Source of the DNA: Terriglobia bacterium
GTDB taxonomy: Bacteria > Acidobacteriota > Terriglobia > JAJPHL01 > JAPKYU01
Direction: 5' to 3'
Length of the DNA stretch: 64,000 bases
Assembly: GCA_965223005.1 (NCBI GenBank)
Contig: CBDCVK010000006.1
Location: forward strand, 105,838-169,837
Positions 30,616 to 40,563 of the stretch are shown here, piece after piece. The notes below the pieces were generated by a model, which saw nothing but the letters and a program-made list of their open reading frames with translations, was not told the origin of the DNA and did not search any database. Position 1 is the first letter of the stretch, and each line of letters opens with the position of its first letter. A program made the position numbers and the translations under genes.

Positions 30616-33600
30616 CTAGATCACTACCACCGCGCCTTTGCCGCAGATGGTCTCCACCGCGGACAGAAATTCCTTGTCAGGCCGGACCTTCAGGGTCGGC
30701 TCCAAGGTGACACGGAAGTCGCCTTCGCGGATGATTTCCAGGCGCACGTTGGCGCGGCCGGGCTTGCGCTGGAACAGGTCGGCCAGGCGCTGGGCGGCGC
30801 CGTTGCCGGACCCGTTGGCGCTTAGCCGAATGCGAATCACCAGATTCTCCGGCAGCTTCACTTCCACCGCGTCCAGGGCCACCAGGTCGCTCACGGCGAT
30901 CTTTGGTGTTGTGTTTTCTTCCGGATGGATACGACCGCGCACAAAGATAGCCGCATCGGCCTGCATCCGCTCCGAGACGCGCCGGTAGGTTTCCGGGAAA
31001 ATGAGCAGATCTACGAATCCGTGCAGGTCTTCTAGCTGAACGATCGCCCAGGGGTCACCCTTCTTGCTGCGCATCTGGCGAAGGCCAGCAATGAGCCCGC
31101 CGAGGGTCACCTCTTCACCGGCGGGGCGGTTCTCCAGGCTGGCCGTGTCCGCCGAGCAAATCTCGCGCAACTTCTCCAGGTAAGTGGCCAGCGGATGGCC
31201 GCTCACGTAAAACCCCAGTGTCTCCTTTTCGGCAGCTAGAAGCTGGCGCTCCTCCCATTCCGGAACGTCGGGTAACTGCCCGTGGGGATCCACGGACGCA
31301 CCCGTCGCAGGCAAGTTGAACAGGCCCTGCTGGCCTGATTCACGGTCCCGTTGCACTTTGGCACCAGCCTCCAACGCGCGGTCTAGCCCGGCCATCAACT
31401 GCGCGCGCCGGCCGCCGAGCGAATCCATTGCCCCAGCCCGGATCAGACTTTCCAGAGCCCGTTTGTTCAGGTAGCGCAACTCCACTTTTTCGCAGAACTG
31501 GAGCAGGGCAGTGAAGCGGCCGAGCTGACTGCGAGCCTCGAGCACCGCCCGGATGGCCTGCTCACCGACATTCTTGATGGCGCGCAGCCCGAAACGGATC
31601 GCGTTGCCGGCAGGCGTGAAGTCAATCTCGCTCACGTTGACGTCGGGCGGCAGCACCGTTACCTCCATCTCCCGACACTCATTGATGTAGCGCACCACCT
31701 TGTCGGTGTTGCCGGTTTCCGAGGTCAGCAGCGCGGCCATGAACTCTACCGGGTGGCGCGCTTTCAAATAAGCGGTGATGTAGGCCAGATAGGCATAGGC
31801 CGCCGAGTGCGATTTGTTGAAGCCGTAGCCGGCGAACTGCTCCATCAAATCGAAAATTCGCGCAACTTTTCTCTGCTGGAAGCCCCGCGACACGGCACCC
31901 TTGACGAAGCGTTCGCGCTGTGCGGCCATCTCCTCGAGTTTCTTTTTCCCCATCGCCCGGCGGAGCAGGTCCGCTTCTCCCAGGGAATATCCGGCCAGGC
32001 GGTGGGCGATCTGCATCACCTGCTCCTGGTAAACGATGACCCCGAAGGTCTCTTCCAAAATCTCACGCAGTTCCGATAACTCGTAGGTCACCGGACGGTC
32101 GCCGTGCTTGCGCTTGAGGAAGTCGTCAATCATGCCGCCCTGGATGGGCCCAGGCCGGTACAGCGCATTCAGCGCAATCAGATCTTCCAGGCGGGTGGGC
32201 TGGTAGCGGCGGAGCAGGTCGCGCATCCCGGCCGACTCAAACTGGAACACGCCGCTGGTCTGGCCCCGGCTGAACAGCGCATAGGTCTCGGCATCGTCCA
32301 GGGGGATCTCCTCCAGCGTCAGGGCCACGCCCCGGGCGTGCAACAGCCGTAGCGTGTCGTCCACGATGGTCAGTGTGGTCAGGCCCAAAAAGTCCATCTT
32401 CAACAAGCCGGCGTGCTCCAGGTCGTTCATGTCGAACTGGGTGACAATCTCGTCCTTGTTGGTCTTGTAGAGCGGCACCAGTTCGGTCAGCGGCTTTGGG
32501 GAGATCACCACGCCGGCGGCGTGGACTGACGCGTTGCGGACGAATCCTTCCAGCCGCCGCGCGGTGTCGACCACTTCCTGCAGTCGCCCGTCCCGCTCCA
32601 CCGCGTCCTTGAGCGGAGCCGATTGCGCCAGGGCCTCGTCCAACGTGATGTTCAGTACATTGGGAACCAGCTTCGCCAGCCGATCCATCTCCCCGTAGGG
32701 AACGTCCATGACGCGCCCCACATCCTTGATGGCTTGCTTGACCCCCAGCGTGCCGAAGGTGATGATCTGGGCCACGTTGTCGCGCCCGTACTTGGCGGTG
32801 ACGTAGTCAATCACCTCACCGCGCCGGTTCATACAAAAGTCAATGTCAATATCGGGCAGGCTGACGCGTTCCGGGTTCAGGAAGCGCTCAAACAGCAGGC
32901 CATAGTGGAGTGGGTCGAGGTCAGTAACTTCCAACGCCCAGCTCACCACGCTGCCGGCCGCCGAGCCGCGGCCTGGACCGACGGGGATATTGCTATTTCT
33001 AGCGAACTGGATAAAGTCCCATACGGTAAGAAAATAGCTCGAGAACTTCATCTTTTGGATGATGTCGATTTCCTGCGCCAGCCGCTGCTCGTATTCAGCC
33101 AGCGTGTGCTTCACTCGCCCCTCACGCGCCAGCTCCTGCAGCTTCGCGCGCCGTTTCTCAAACCCTTGGCGAGCGACTTGCTCGAAGTAGGAATCGAGCG
33201 TGTAGCCTTCCGGAACCACGAAACGCGGGAACGGTTCCTCGACCCGGTCCAGTTTCAAGTGACAGCGCTCGGCGATGTCCAGCGTGCGCTCCAGGACCTC
33301 CGGAATTTCCCCGAACACCCGATGCATTTCGGCATAGGACTTCAGGTAGAACTCCTCAGTGGGAAACCGCATCCGGTTGGATTCGCCCACAGTCTTGCCG
33401 GTCTGGATGCAAAGCAGCACGTCGTGGGCTCGGGAGTCACCCCGCTCCAGGTAGTGGGTATCGTTGGTGGCCACCACCGGGATGTTGGTTTCCTGCGAGA
33501 GCCGGTACAAGTTGGGATTGATGTGACGTTCCAAGTCCAGGCCCTGGTTCTGCATCTCTAGGAAAAAGTTCTCGCGGCCGAAGATGTCCTGGAAGGTGTA

Positions 33601-34077
33601 AGCCAGGCGCTTGGCCGCGTCGTACTGGTCGGCGGTCAGTGCCTCAGCAATCTCGCCGCGGAGGCAGGCAGACAGGCAGATCAACCCACGGCTGTGCTCC
33701 GCCAGCAATTCTTTGTCAACCCGCGGCTTGTAGTAAAAACTTTCCAGATGGCTGGCCGAAACCAGCTTGCAAAGGTTCCGGTACCCGGTTTGATCCTCGC
33801 AAAGCAGCAGTAGGTGGTTGTAGCGGTCCCGTTCGGAGCGGCTGTGGCGGCTGCCCCGAGCCACGTACATCTCACAACCGAGGATGGGCTTGATGCCCGC
33901 CTTCTGGGCGGCCTCGTAGAACTTGAAGGCGGCAAACAGGTTGCCATGATCGGTGACCGCCACGGCGGGCATGCCTTGCTCCCTGGCCTTTTCCACCAGC
34001 TTCTCAATGCGACAGGCGCCATCGAGCAAGCTGTAGTCTGTGTGCAGGTGCAGGTGAACGAATTGCTGCCGGCTCAT
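30616..34077 (-). CDS. dnaE: DNA polymerase III alpha subunit
   Basis: PHP motif HLHLHTDYSLLDG, GPGRGSAAGS, PDIDIDF, KMDFLGL, YGFNKSH, OB fold. Confidence 0.98.
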   Translation of the reverse strand: MSRQQFVHLHLHTDYSLLDGACRIEKLVEKAREQGMPAVAVTDHGNLFAAFKFYEAAQKAGIKPILGCEMYVARGSRHSRSERDRYNHLLLLCEDQTGYRNLCKLVSASHLESFYYKPRVDKELLAEHSRGLICLSACLRGEIAEALTADQYDAAKRLAYTFQDIFGRENFFLEMQNQGLDLERHINPNLYRLSQETNIPVVATNDTHYLERGDSRAHDVLLCIQTGKTVGESNRMRFPTEEFYLKSYAEMHRVFGEIPEVLERTLDIAERCHLKLDRVEEPFPRFVVPEGYTLDSYFEQVARQGFEKRRAKLQELAREGRVKHTLAEYEQRLAQEIDIIQKMKFSSYFLTVWDFIQFARNSNIPVGPGRGSAAGSVVSWALEVTDLDPLHYGLLFERFLNPERVSLPDIDIDFCMNRRGEVIDYVTAKYGRDNVAQIITFGTLGVKQAIKDVGRVMDVPYGEMDRLAKLVPNVLNITLDEALAQSAPLKDAVERDGRLQEVVDTARRLEGFVRNASVHAAGVVISPKPLTELVPLYKTNKDEIVTQFDMNDLEHAGLLKMDFLGLTTLTIVDDTLRLLHARGVALTLEEIPLDDAETYALFSRGQTSGVFQFESAGMRDLLRRYQPTRLEDLIALNALYRPGPIQGGMIDDFLKRKHGDRPVTYELSELREILEETFGVIVYQEQVMQIAHRLAGYSLGEADLLRRAMGKKKLEEMAAQRERFVKGAVSRGFQQRKVARIFDLMEQFAGYGFNKSHSAAYAYLAYITAYLKARHPVEFMAALLTSETGNTDKVVRYINECREMEVTVLPPDVNVSEIDFTPAGNAIRFGLRAIKNVGEQAIRAVLEARSQLGRFTALLQFCEKVELRYLNKRALESLIRAGAMDSLGGRRAQLMAGLDRALEAGAKVQRDRESGQQGLFNLPATGASVDPHGQLPDVPEWEERQLLAAEKETLGFYVSGHPLATYLEKLREICSADTASLENRPAGEEVTLGGLIAGLRQMRSKKGDPWAIVQLEDLHGFVDLLIFPETYRRVSERMQADAAIFVRGRIHPEENTTPKIAVSDLVALDAVEVKLPENLVIRIRLSANGSGNGAAQRLADLFQRKPGRANVRLEIIREGDFRVTLEPTLKVRPDKEFLSAVETICGKGAVVVI

Positions 34078-34249
34078 GCTCAGACCGGATTGTAACAGAA
34101 ACTGCCGGCCGGCTGGCGCGTTCCCATCACGGAGCTACAAACGATTCGCAGTTGAGAAAGGCCTCGGAATCCGGCTGGGGAACCTGTGGATTTGCCATAC
34201 GCTTTGCGCAGAACTTGAGCTAGGATGGCTGCCCGGGTTGGCTTTCTTT

Positions 34250-34292
34250 GCCGAAGTTGGGCCAAAGCTGGGCCGAAGTTGGCAAGCGTTGG
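34250..34292. repeat. 11-bp direct repeats in the dnaE divergent intergenic region
   Basis: GCCGAAGTTGG, GCCAAAGCTGG, GCCGAAGTTGG, then degenerate CAAGCGTTGG. Confidence 0.6.
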
Positions 34293-34343
34293 CCAACGTC
34301 GCGTGTGAGGAATCCGCATACCCAAGAGGTTTAGCCTGAGGCG

Positions 34344-34625
34344 ATGCGCGCAACTATTCAAGTAGAGAAGAAGAAAGAAGGCGAGTTCCTGGTGACGGTT
34401 GCGGAGGGCGGGACCCGGTCCTCTCACCGGGTCACAGTCCGGCAAGACCACTATGAGAAGCTGAGCGGAGGGAAGGTCTCGGTGGAGGAGCTGGTTCGAC
34501 GGTCCTTTGAGTTCCTCCTGGAACGCGAACCCAAGGAATCCATTCTCGGCCAGTTTGACCTCTCGGTCATCGCGCGCTACTTCCCTGACTACGAGCAACT
34601 GATCCAGAAGCGGTTGGCCAGCTAG
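34344..34625 (+). CDS. Small conserved hypothetical protein
   Basis: GAGG RBS, motif LVRRSFEFLLEREPKESILGQFDLSVIARYFPDYE. Confidence 0.75.
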   Translation: MRATIQVEKKKEGEFLVTVAEGGTRSSHRVTVRQDHYEKLSGGKVSVEELVRRSFEFLLEREPKESILGQFDLSVIARYFPDYEQLIQKRLAS

Positions 34626-34716
34626 CTCAGCCGACAGGCGCAAGCGGGCGGCCACATCTGCGCTGCCCTGTTGGACAGGGCACGCTATAGCTCCGGTGGC
34701 ACGTTCCGCAGCTTGA

Positions 34717-34926
34717 CGTCGGCCCGTCGAGCGACGCGTGGCGGCGTAGGGCATGGACGCTGCCGTCCCTGTGGACGCGGAAAACGCGTCCACGAGTGAC
34801 TTGGAAAACCGCACAGGACGCGGTTTCCCACAGCGTCCACACCCATTATCGCGTTCATGAAAGGAAGAAAAAAGAGAGAGACTCAACCAACGTAACTAAA
34901 CCGTCCACTGAATCGGATCAGGCTCA
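34717..34926 (+). mobile_element. IS remnant (3' end, IS3-family-like IRR)
   Basis: Ends in CCGTCCACTGAATCGGATCAGGCTCA (…CA terminus), preceded by a multi-hairpin 3' region. No transposase ORF remains. Left boundary approximate. Confidence 0.5.
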
Positions 34927-35892
34927 ATGAGAAGCTGAGCGGAGGGAAGGTCTCGGTGGAGGAGCTGGTTCCGGCGTTGCAATAGGCGGCCAGCAGGGCG
35001 CCGGTTGCAGGAGCGAGCGCGGGCGGCAGCACGCGGTGGTAGCCCTGCCCTGCTGCCCGACCAACCGGCGGAAGCGGTCCCGTACCAGTGTGCTCTTGAA
35101 GACGCCGCCACTGTAGGAGACCAGCGCATGTTCTCGCGGGCGGAAGATGCGGCGGCGGACGCGCGCCACCAACTGCGCCAGTTCGCCGGCTCCCGAGCGC
35201 AGGATTTCGCGCGCCACCCGGTCGCCGGCGCGCGCCGCTTCATCCACCTGCCGCGAGAAAGATGCTACCCGCTCGCGTGGGAACTCCGCGGTGTACCACT
35301 TGTGGAGTGCCTCGTTGAGGCCGGTCGCGCCGGTGAAGGCGAGGAGGCGCTCACGCAGTTTCGTCGGCGGCCCCCAGCCCTCCTCGTGCCGCAGAGCCGC
35401 GACCAGCGCCGATCGTGCCAGGTCCAACCCACTCCCGGCGTCGCCAATCAAGTAACCCCAGCCGCCAGCTCGCGCTGTTTTCCCACGGCCGTTCATCCCG
35501 AAGGCGATCGAGCCGGTCCCGGCGACCACAATGATGCCGGGTCGTCCTTCCGTCGCTCCGATCAGTGCACCAGCCGCGTCGTGAGAGACTTCCAAGCGGC
35601 GTGCCGAAATCCACTGCCGGATGAGGACCACCTTGTCCTCAGCCCCGCCGGCCATCCCAAAGAAAGCGCTTTCAAACTGGGGTAGCCCTTTGGTTCCGCC
35701 GAACGGGGAGTTGTTCCAGGCGGCGGAGACCGAGGTCAGCAGGGCCTGGCGCAACCGTGCCGGGCCGCCCGGTCCGGCCACGTGGTTCGATGGGCCAGCC
35801 GCCCCGTAGCCGATGACCACACCACGTTCATCCCCAATCAGCGCGATGGTGGAGGACTGGCCCCCGTCGACTCCCAAAAAAAATTGCGGCAT
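34924..35892 (-). CDS. BadF/BadG/BcrA/BcrD family ATPase (N-acetylglucosamine kinase-like), C-terminus frameshifted
   Basis: LGVDGGQSST, VAGTGS, AGGWGYLIGDAGSG, SYSGGVF. Frame break near 35045. Confidence 0.85.
   Translation of the reverse strand: MPQFFLGVDGGQSSTIALIGDERGVVIGYGAAGPSNHVAGPGGPARLRQALLTSVSAAWNNSPFGGTKGLPQFESAFFGMAGGAEDKVVLIRQWISARRLEVSHDAAGALIGATEGRPGIIVVAGTGSIAFGMNGRGKTARAGGWGYLIGDAGSGLDLARSALVAALRHEEGWGPPTKLRERLLAFTGATGLNEALHKWYTAEFPRERVASFSRQVDEAARAGDRVAREILRSGAGELAQLVARVRRRIFRPREHALVSYSGGVFKSTLVRDRFRRLVGQQGRATTACCRPRSLLQPAPCWPPIATPEPAPPPRPSLRSASH
34927..34971 (+). repeat. Exact 45-bp copy of 34453-34497
   Basis: ATGAGAAGCTGAGCGGAGGGAAGGTCTCGGTGGAGGAGCTGGTTC at both positions. 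Confidence 0.95.
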
Positions 35893-36057
35893 GGAATCTG
35901 CTCAGCGCCCTCTTCAACCAGCAGCCGTTTCCAAACGCGATTCAGCGTGAAGGCCGATTTCCCTCAAAGATCTTACGCCGGGCGCCGACCCAAGTGGATC
36001 AACTTTCGCATTCCCCTCGCGGCGGGAGAAGGGGGCAGCGTTTCACTGGGCCTGGTT

Positions 36058-36801
36058 TCACCGGTCCTGGATTCGGCGGGCATTGCCGTCCGCGCCAAAG
36101 GTGACCACCAGCGGCGGACGCCCCGGAGGCCGAAACTCCACCACCCGGTCACTTCCTGCGGCGGCTGTTTCCTTAGGGAGCAGGCGTCCGAAGCCCACTG
36201 CAAACGAAATCTGCGTCTCGGTCATTCCTTCCTTCACCTCCTCGCGCTCGACGGCTTCCCAGGCTTCCTGCGGCCAGTGTGAGTAAAGCTCCCTAGGGTT
36301 TTTCAGGAAAAACATCTCGTCAAAGTAGAAACGGCACGAGTCACGACGACGGTCACAATGCCCGATGGTGATTGCACGCAGCGTTGGCGACGGGACCGGG
36401 TCTTCGAAGATAAAGTTGATTTCGTCCACGCCTCGCCGTTGGGTGGGCTCGCGGACCACGTCGGCGATGGTGATTCTCTGAATCGGAGCCAGCAGCGGGG
36501 GATCCTCGATTTCGTGGCTGCGGCGCCGGCGGGCGTCAAAGGGGAAGTGCCCATACCGGTAGCCGTCGCGTATCCAGACCGCGCTCCCTTTGAGCTTCTG
36601 CGCACTGCGGAAGGTGGAGAGATAGGCGCGCGGAATGTGGACGAAATAATCGGCGGGAATCGGGCGGGAGGCCCCCTCGGCTGAGCGCAGTGGTTGTGGA
36701 GGGCGGCTTCGTTGATAGAAGATATGTGCCAACCGAAGGGCAGCCACAATCAAGGCGCCGGCCAGAAAGATCTGGACCCACCGTCGGATCGGGGCCTGCA
36801 T
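36058..36801 (-). CDS. Membrane-anchored hypothetical protein
   Basis: N-terminal TM, motif PRELYSHWP...VKEGMTETQISFAVG. Confidence 0.65.
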   Translation of the reverse strand: MQAPIRRWVQIFLAGALIVAALRLAHIFYQRSRPPQPLRSAEGASRPIPADYFVHIPRAYLSTFRSAQKLKGSAVWIRDGYRYGHFPFDARRRRSHEIEDPPLLAPIQRITIADVVREPTQRRGVDEINFIFEDPVPSPTLRAITIGHCDRRRDSCRFYFDEMFFLKNPRELYSHWPQEAWEAVEREEVKEGMTETQISFAVGFGRLLPKETAAAGSDRVVEFRPPGRPPLVVTFGADGNARRIQDR

Positions 36802-36804
36802 TGC

Positions 36805-37506
36805 CTAGCGGTCGGCCAGGATCACCGAGGAAGGATAGAAGGTTTGGGAAACCACCTCATGGTGCCGGATGCGAAAGCCGCCGTCCTCCAGGAAGCCTGG
36901 CACCTCGGGGGCTACCCGCCGGCCCCAATAAGAAGGCACGGCGGAGCCCAGGTGGCCATAGATGGCGTTGAACGCGGGGCTGCCCTCACCGTCGTTCACC
37001 ATTAGCAGCTTGCCGCCCGGCCGCAGCACGCGGTGGAATTCGCTGAGGGTGCGCCGGATGTCATCAGGGGAGAGCACACAAAACATGTAGCAGTTGAACA
37101 GGGCATCAAAGGTGTCCGCAGCGAAGGGCATCTGGCGCGCATCCACCGCCTGCAGCGAGAACTGTCCGTGGCCGTTGTTTCGGCTGCCGTTGCGGCCATG
37201 GGCGCCGTTCAGCCGCTTCTTCGCTACCGAGACCATGCCCGGGGAGAGGTCCACGCCCACACTCAGTCCGGTTCGGTTCCGCTTCAGCAGCTTTCGGAAC
37301 AGATCGCCCGAACCGACGGCCACTTCCAGCACGGTTCGTCCTTCCAGAGATCCGGCTAGTTCGACAGCCCGGCGGTGAGCGCGGCTGTGGAAGAGCAAGG
37401 CCGTGAGCGGATACAGTGGTGCCGCGCGATCGTAAACACGCTGCGTCAGGTGGCTGGAAAACAACTGCAAGCGTTGGCCGCGCAACTTTAAGCTGTCAGG
37501 CGTCAT
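36805..37506 (-). CDS. Class I SAM-dependent methyltransferase
   Basis: VLEVAVGSG, GVDLSPGM, MPFAADTFD, RVLRPGG. Confidence 0.88.
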   Translation of the reverse strand: MTPDSLKLRGQRLQLFSSHLTQRVYDRAAPLYPLTALLFHSRAHRRAVELAGSLEGRTVLEVAVGSGDLFRKLLKRNRTGLSVGVDLSPGMVSVAKKRLNGAHGRNGSRNNGHGQFSLQAVDARQMPFAADTFDALFNCYMFCVLSPDDIRRTLSEFHRVLRPGGKLLMVNDGEGSPAFNAIYGHLGSAVPSYWGRRVAPEVPGFLEDGGFRIRHHEVVSQTFYPSSVILADR

Positions 37507-37601
37507 CGTGAACCTAAGTGCTTGTTGCTCAAAGCTGCTAAGCTACACTCGATTGCGGCCGAGCACAAACATTTTTTGAGGCTCGGCGCCCAAACTCTAA
37601 C

Positions 37602-38255
37602 ATGCCCTTGAATACCACCGCCGCCGTCGCTTTGCAAGAGCAGCTGCGTCATAGCGTCGTGCGCCGCGACGCCTTTGGCAAGGTGCGCTGCGTCGCCGGC
37701 GCAGACGTAGCCTTCGACCCGGTACGGCGTCTGGCCTACGCTGCAGTGCTGGTGTTTCGGTTTCCCTCACTGGAGGAGGTCGAGCGCTCGTGGGTTTCCC
37801 GCCCGATTCTGTTTCCTTACGTGCCCGGGCTACTGACCTTTCGCGAAGCGCCGGCGGTGGCTGACGCGGTGGCCGGTTTGCACACCCGCCCCGACCTGCT
37901 GCTGGTGGACGGACACGGCTATGCTCACCCGCGCCGCTGCGGCTTGGCGTCTCACCTGGGCCTGACGCTGGAGCTGCCCACGATTGGCTGCGCCAAATCC
38001 ATTCTGGTTGGCCGGCACGGGCGCTTGGGAGTCACCCGCGGCGCCGTGACCCATCTATGCGATCGCGGCCGGGTGATCGGCGCGGCGCTGCGATCTCGCA
38101 CCGGTGTGCGCCCCATTTTTGTCTCCATAGGCCACCGGGTATCACTCTCCCGCGCCATCCGCTTTGTCCTGGCCTGCGGCGACGGCTATCGCCTGCCGCG
38201 TCCCACCCGGCTGGCTGACCATCTTGTGGCGGAAGTCAAGCGCCATGCGCTCTAA
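37602..38255 (+). CDS. nfi: Endonuclease V
   Basis: AGADV, FPYVPGLLTFRE, VDGHGYAHPRRCGLASH, GCAK, RLPRPTRLAD. Confidence 0.95.
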   Translation: MPLNTTAAVALQEQLRHSVVRRDAFGKVRCVAGADVAFDPVRRLAYAAVLVFRFPSLEEVERSWVSRPILFPYVPGLLTFREAPAVADAVAGLHTRPDLLLVDGHGYAHPRRCGLASHLGLTLELPTIGCAKSILVGRHGRLGVTRGAVTHLCDRGRVIGAALRSRTGVRPIFVSIGHRVSLSRAIRFVLACGDGYRLPRPTRLADHLVAEVKRHAL

Positions 38256-38332
38256 TCTCCGCCTAACCCCCGCGCGTTCCTGACAGGCACTGACGGTAGC
38301 CGCTGCGGCGCGGGTGATACAATAACGTTCGT

Positions 38333-39763
38333 ATGCAGCTTGTTCAGCAGCTCCAGGAGATCCTGGGGCCTGAGGCCGTCCTCCACCAGCCCGAAGATCT
38401 GATGCTTTATGAGTATGACGGCGGCGTTAGCAAGTCCACGCCGGACGCGGTGGTGTTCCCACGCGCCACGAAGCAGGTGGTGGAGGTGGTGAAGCTGGCA
38501 GCGCGCCAAGGGGTGCCTCTGCTTGCGCGCGGCGCCGGAACCGGACTCAGCGGTGGCGCCATTCCCATTAGTGGCGGCATTGTCATCGGCTTCTCGCGCA
38601 TGAACCGCATCGTGGAGCTGGACCTGGAAAACTTCCGCGCCGTCGTTCAAGCGGGAGTGGTGAACCTGGACATCACCCAGGCGGTGCTACCTTCGGGGTA
38701 CTTCTTCGCGCCGGACCCATCCAGCCAGAAGGCCTGCACCATCGGCGGCAACGTGGCCGAGAATGCCGGCGGTCCGCACACACTCGCCTACGGGGTCACC
38801 ACCAACCACGTGGTGGGCCTGGAGGTCGTGCTGCCCGACGGCAGTGTGATCCACACCGGCGGAAAGGAGCTGGATCTTCCCGGCTACGACCTGACGGGAC
38901 TGCTGGTTGGTTCGGAGGGCACGCTGGGCATTGTTACCCAGGTAGTGGTGCGGTTGCTGCGCGCACATGAGGCGGTGAAGACCCTGCTGGGCGTCTTTCA
39001 CTCAGTGGATGATGCCAGCCGAGCCGTGGCCGAGATCACCGCGCGCACCATTACCCCGGCCGCACTGGAAATGTTGGATGACCACACGCTCCGGATCGTC
39101 GAGCAGTACTGCCACGCGGGCTATCCGCAGGATGCCGGCGCAGCGCTGCTGATTGAGCTGGAAGGGCTCGAGGAGCAAGTTGGGTGGCAGGTCGAGCAGG
39201 TGGCTGAAGTCTGCGGCCATTGCGGTGCGCGAGAGGTGCGGGTGGCGCGCAGCGAGCGCGAGCGTGAGTTGCTCTGGATGGGGCGCAAGAACGCCTTCGG
39301 CGCCATCGGCCGCGTGGCCACTCACTTCTACGTGCAAGACGGTGTGGTCCCGCGCAGCAAGCTGCCCGAGGCGATGCGGGTCATCCAGGAAGCCAGCCAG
39401 CGCTACGGGCTGACCATCTGCAACATCTTCCACGCTGGCGACGGCAACCTGCACCCGCTCATTCTGTTTGACGGCCGCCGTCCGGGTGACTACGAAAAAG
39501 TGGTGGCGGCCGGAACGGAGATCTTGAACTATTGCATCCAGGTCGGCGGCTCTATCACCGGAGAGCATGGCGTGGGACTGGAGAAGCGGGATCTGATGCC
39601 GGCCCTGTTCAGCGACGACGACCTGGGAGTGATGTCGCGGATCCGAGAGGTCTTCAACCCGGCCGGCAACTTGAATCCGCAGAAAATGCTCCCCTCAGCT
39701 CGGCCCTGCATGGAAGTTCGGGTATCCGCCCAAGCCTCAGCCAGCCCCCCGCTCCAGCACTGA
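38333..39763 (+). CDS. glcD: FAD-linked oxidase, glycolate oxidase GlcD-like
   Basis: RGAGTGLSGG, PDPSSQKACTIGGNVAENAGG, HAGDGNLHP, GEHGVG. Confidence 0.85.
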   Translation: MQLVQQLQEILGPEAVLHQPEDLMLYEYDGGVSKSTPDAVVFPRATKQVVEVVKLAARQGVPLLARGAGTGLSGGAIPISGGIVIGFSRMNRIVELDLENFRAVVQAGVVNLDITQAVLPSGYFFAPDPSSQKACTIGGNVAENAGGPHTLAYGVTTNHVVGLEVVLPDGSVIHTGGKELDLPGYDLTGLLVGSEGTLGIVTQVVVRLLRAHEAVKTLLGVFHSVDDASRAVAEITARTITPAALEMLDDHTLRIVEQYCHAGYPQDAGAALLIELEGLEEQVGWQVEQVAEVCGHCGAREVRVARSERERELLWMGRKNAFGAIGRVATHFYVQDGVVPRSKLPEAMRVIQEASQRYGLTICNIFHAGDGNLHPLILFDGRRPGDYEKVVAAGTEILNYCIQVGGSITGEHGVGLEKRDLMPALFSDDDLGVMSRIREVFNPAGNLNPQKMLPSARPCMEVRVSAQASASPPLQH

Positions 39764-39863
39764 ACAACCTGACTTCCTTCCTACCCAGCGTGGGGCCGGA
39801 CGCTGCGTTCAGTTTCAGCGCAATTTCCGGCAACTTCCTGCAATTCCCGGTGATCCTGTCGGA

Positions 39864-40538
39864 TTACGAGGGGGGAAGGGTAGCGAGGTGGCGCAGCAGG
39901 CGCTGCTCTTTGGGGGAGAAGCGCTTGCCGAAAGTTTCCTCGCCGAAGCGGCGCTCGCGCTCGGCAGGGGGCATCCTGCGCAGCAGGCGAAATTCCTTCA
40001 TCAGTGCCTGACGTCGCTCCTGCGGCAGGTGTCTCCAGGCAGGGAAAACGTCCCGGCGAATCCGGTCCCGGGCCTCGGGCGGCAAGCGGTGGAAAGTGTC
40101 GTACCGCCCCCGGAAGCGCTGGCGCTGCTCCGGGGTCATCGCACTAAAGCGCCGTAACTTTTCACGGAAGTGCCGCTGCACCCTCGGGGGGAGGCGACGG
40201 AAGCGCGGGATGGCCTGCAGGATGCGCTGTTGCTCCTCCGGGGGTTTCTCAGCGAGGCGGAACAGCAAGCCCGGCAGGTGCGGGCCATGCCGGCGGTGGT
40301 GGCCGCGGCCTCCCCGACCTCGTGGGTGCCGCTGGGAATCGGGTCTCTGGCGCGGCCGCAGCTCTGGGGGCGGGTGAGGCCGGTCACTCGGGTGTCCAAT
40401 GAAATAGTCCCGCGGCTCAGCCCGTGCTGGTCCCTGCTCAGCGGGTTCAGGTTGCTGTTCGGCACCCTGCGCGGCTAGCAAACAGGTTCCGGCCAGCAGC
40501 ATCAGACTCACACCGGCTAGGGTTTTCAATCTGTTCAT
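39864..40538 (-). CDS. DUF3106-like periplasmic protein
   Basis: Signal peptide and repeated F/W..LPPE.(Q/R) helical units, cotranscribed with the ECF pair. Confidence 0.7.
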   Translation of the reverse strand: MNRLKTLAGVSLMLLAGTCLLAAQGAEQQPEPAEQGPARAEPRDYFIGHPSDRPHPPPELRPRQRPDSQRHPRGRGGRGHHRRHGPHLPGLLFRLAEKPPEEQQRILQAIPRFRRLPPRVQRHFREKLRRFSAMTPEQRQRFRGRYDTFHRLPPEARDRIRRDVFPAWRHLPQERRQALMKEFRLLRRMPPAERERRFGEETFGKRFSPKEQRLLRHLATLPPS

Positions 40539-40563
40539 AACCCAACGCAACTTACCGCCTCTG

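Noticed and set aside
29508-30710. 400-aa plus-strand ORF and similar long antisense ORFs (e.g. 1495-2406, 32623-33561, 45355-46179, 52243-53154)
   Set aside because: Shadow ORFs opposite well-supported genes in GC-rich DNA, with no recognisable motifs.
30616-34077. Intein or split in dnaE
   Set aside because: Normal length of 1153 aa, continuous motifs, no intein signature seen.
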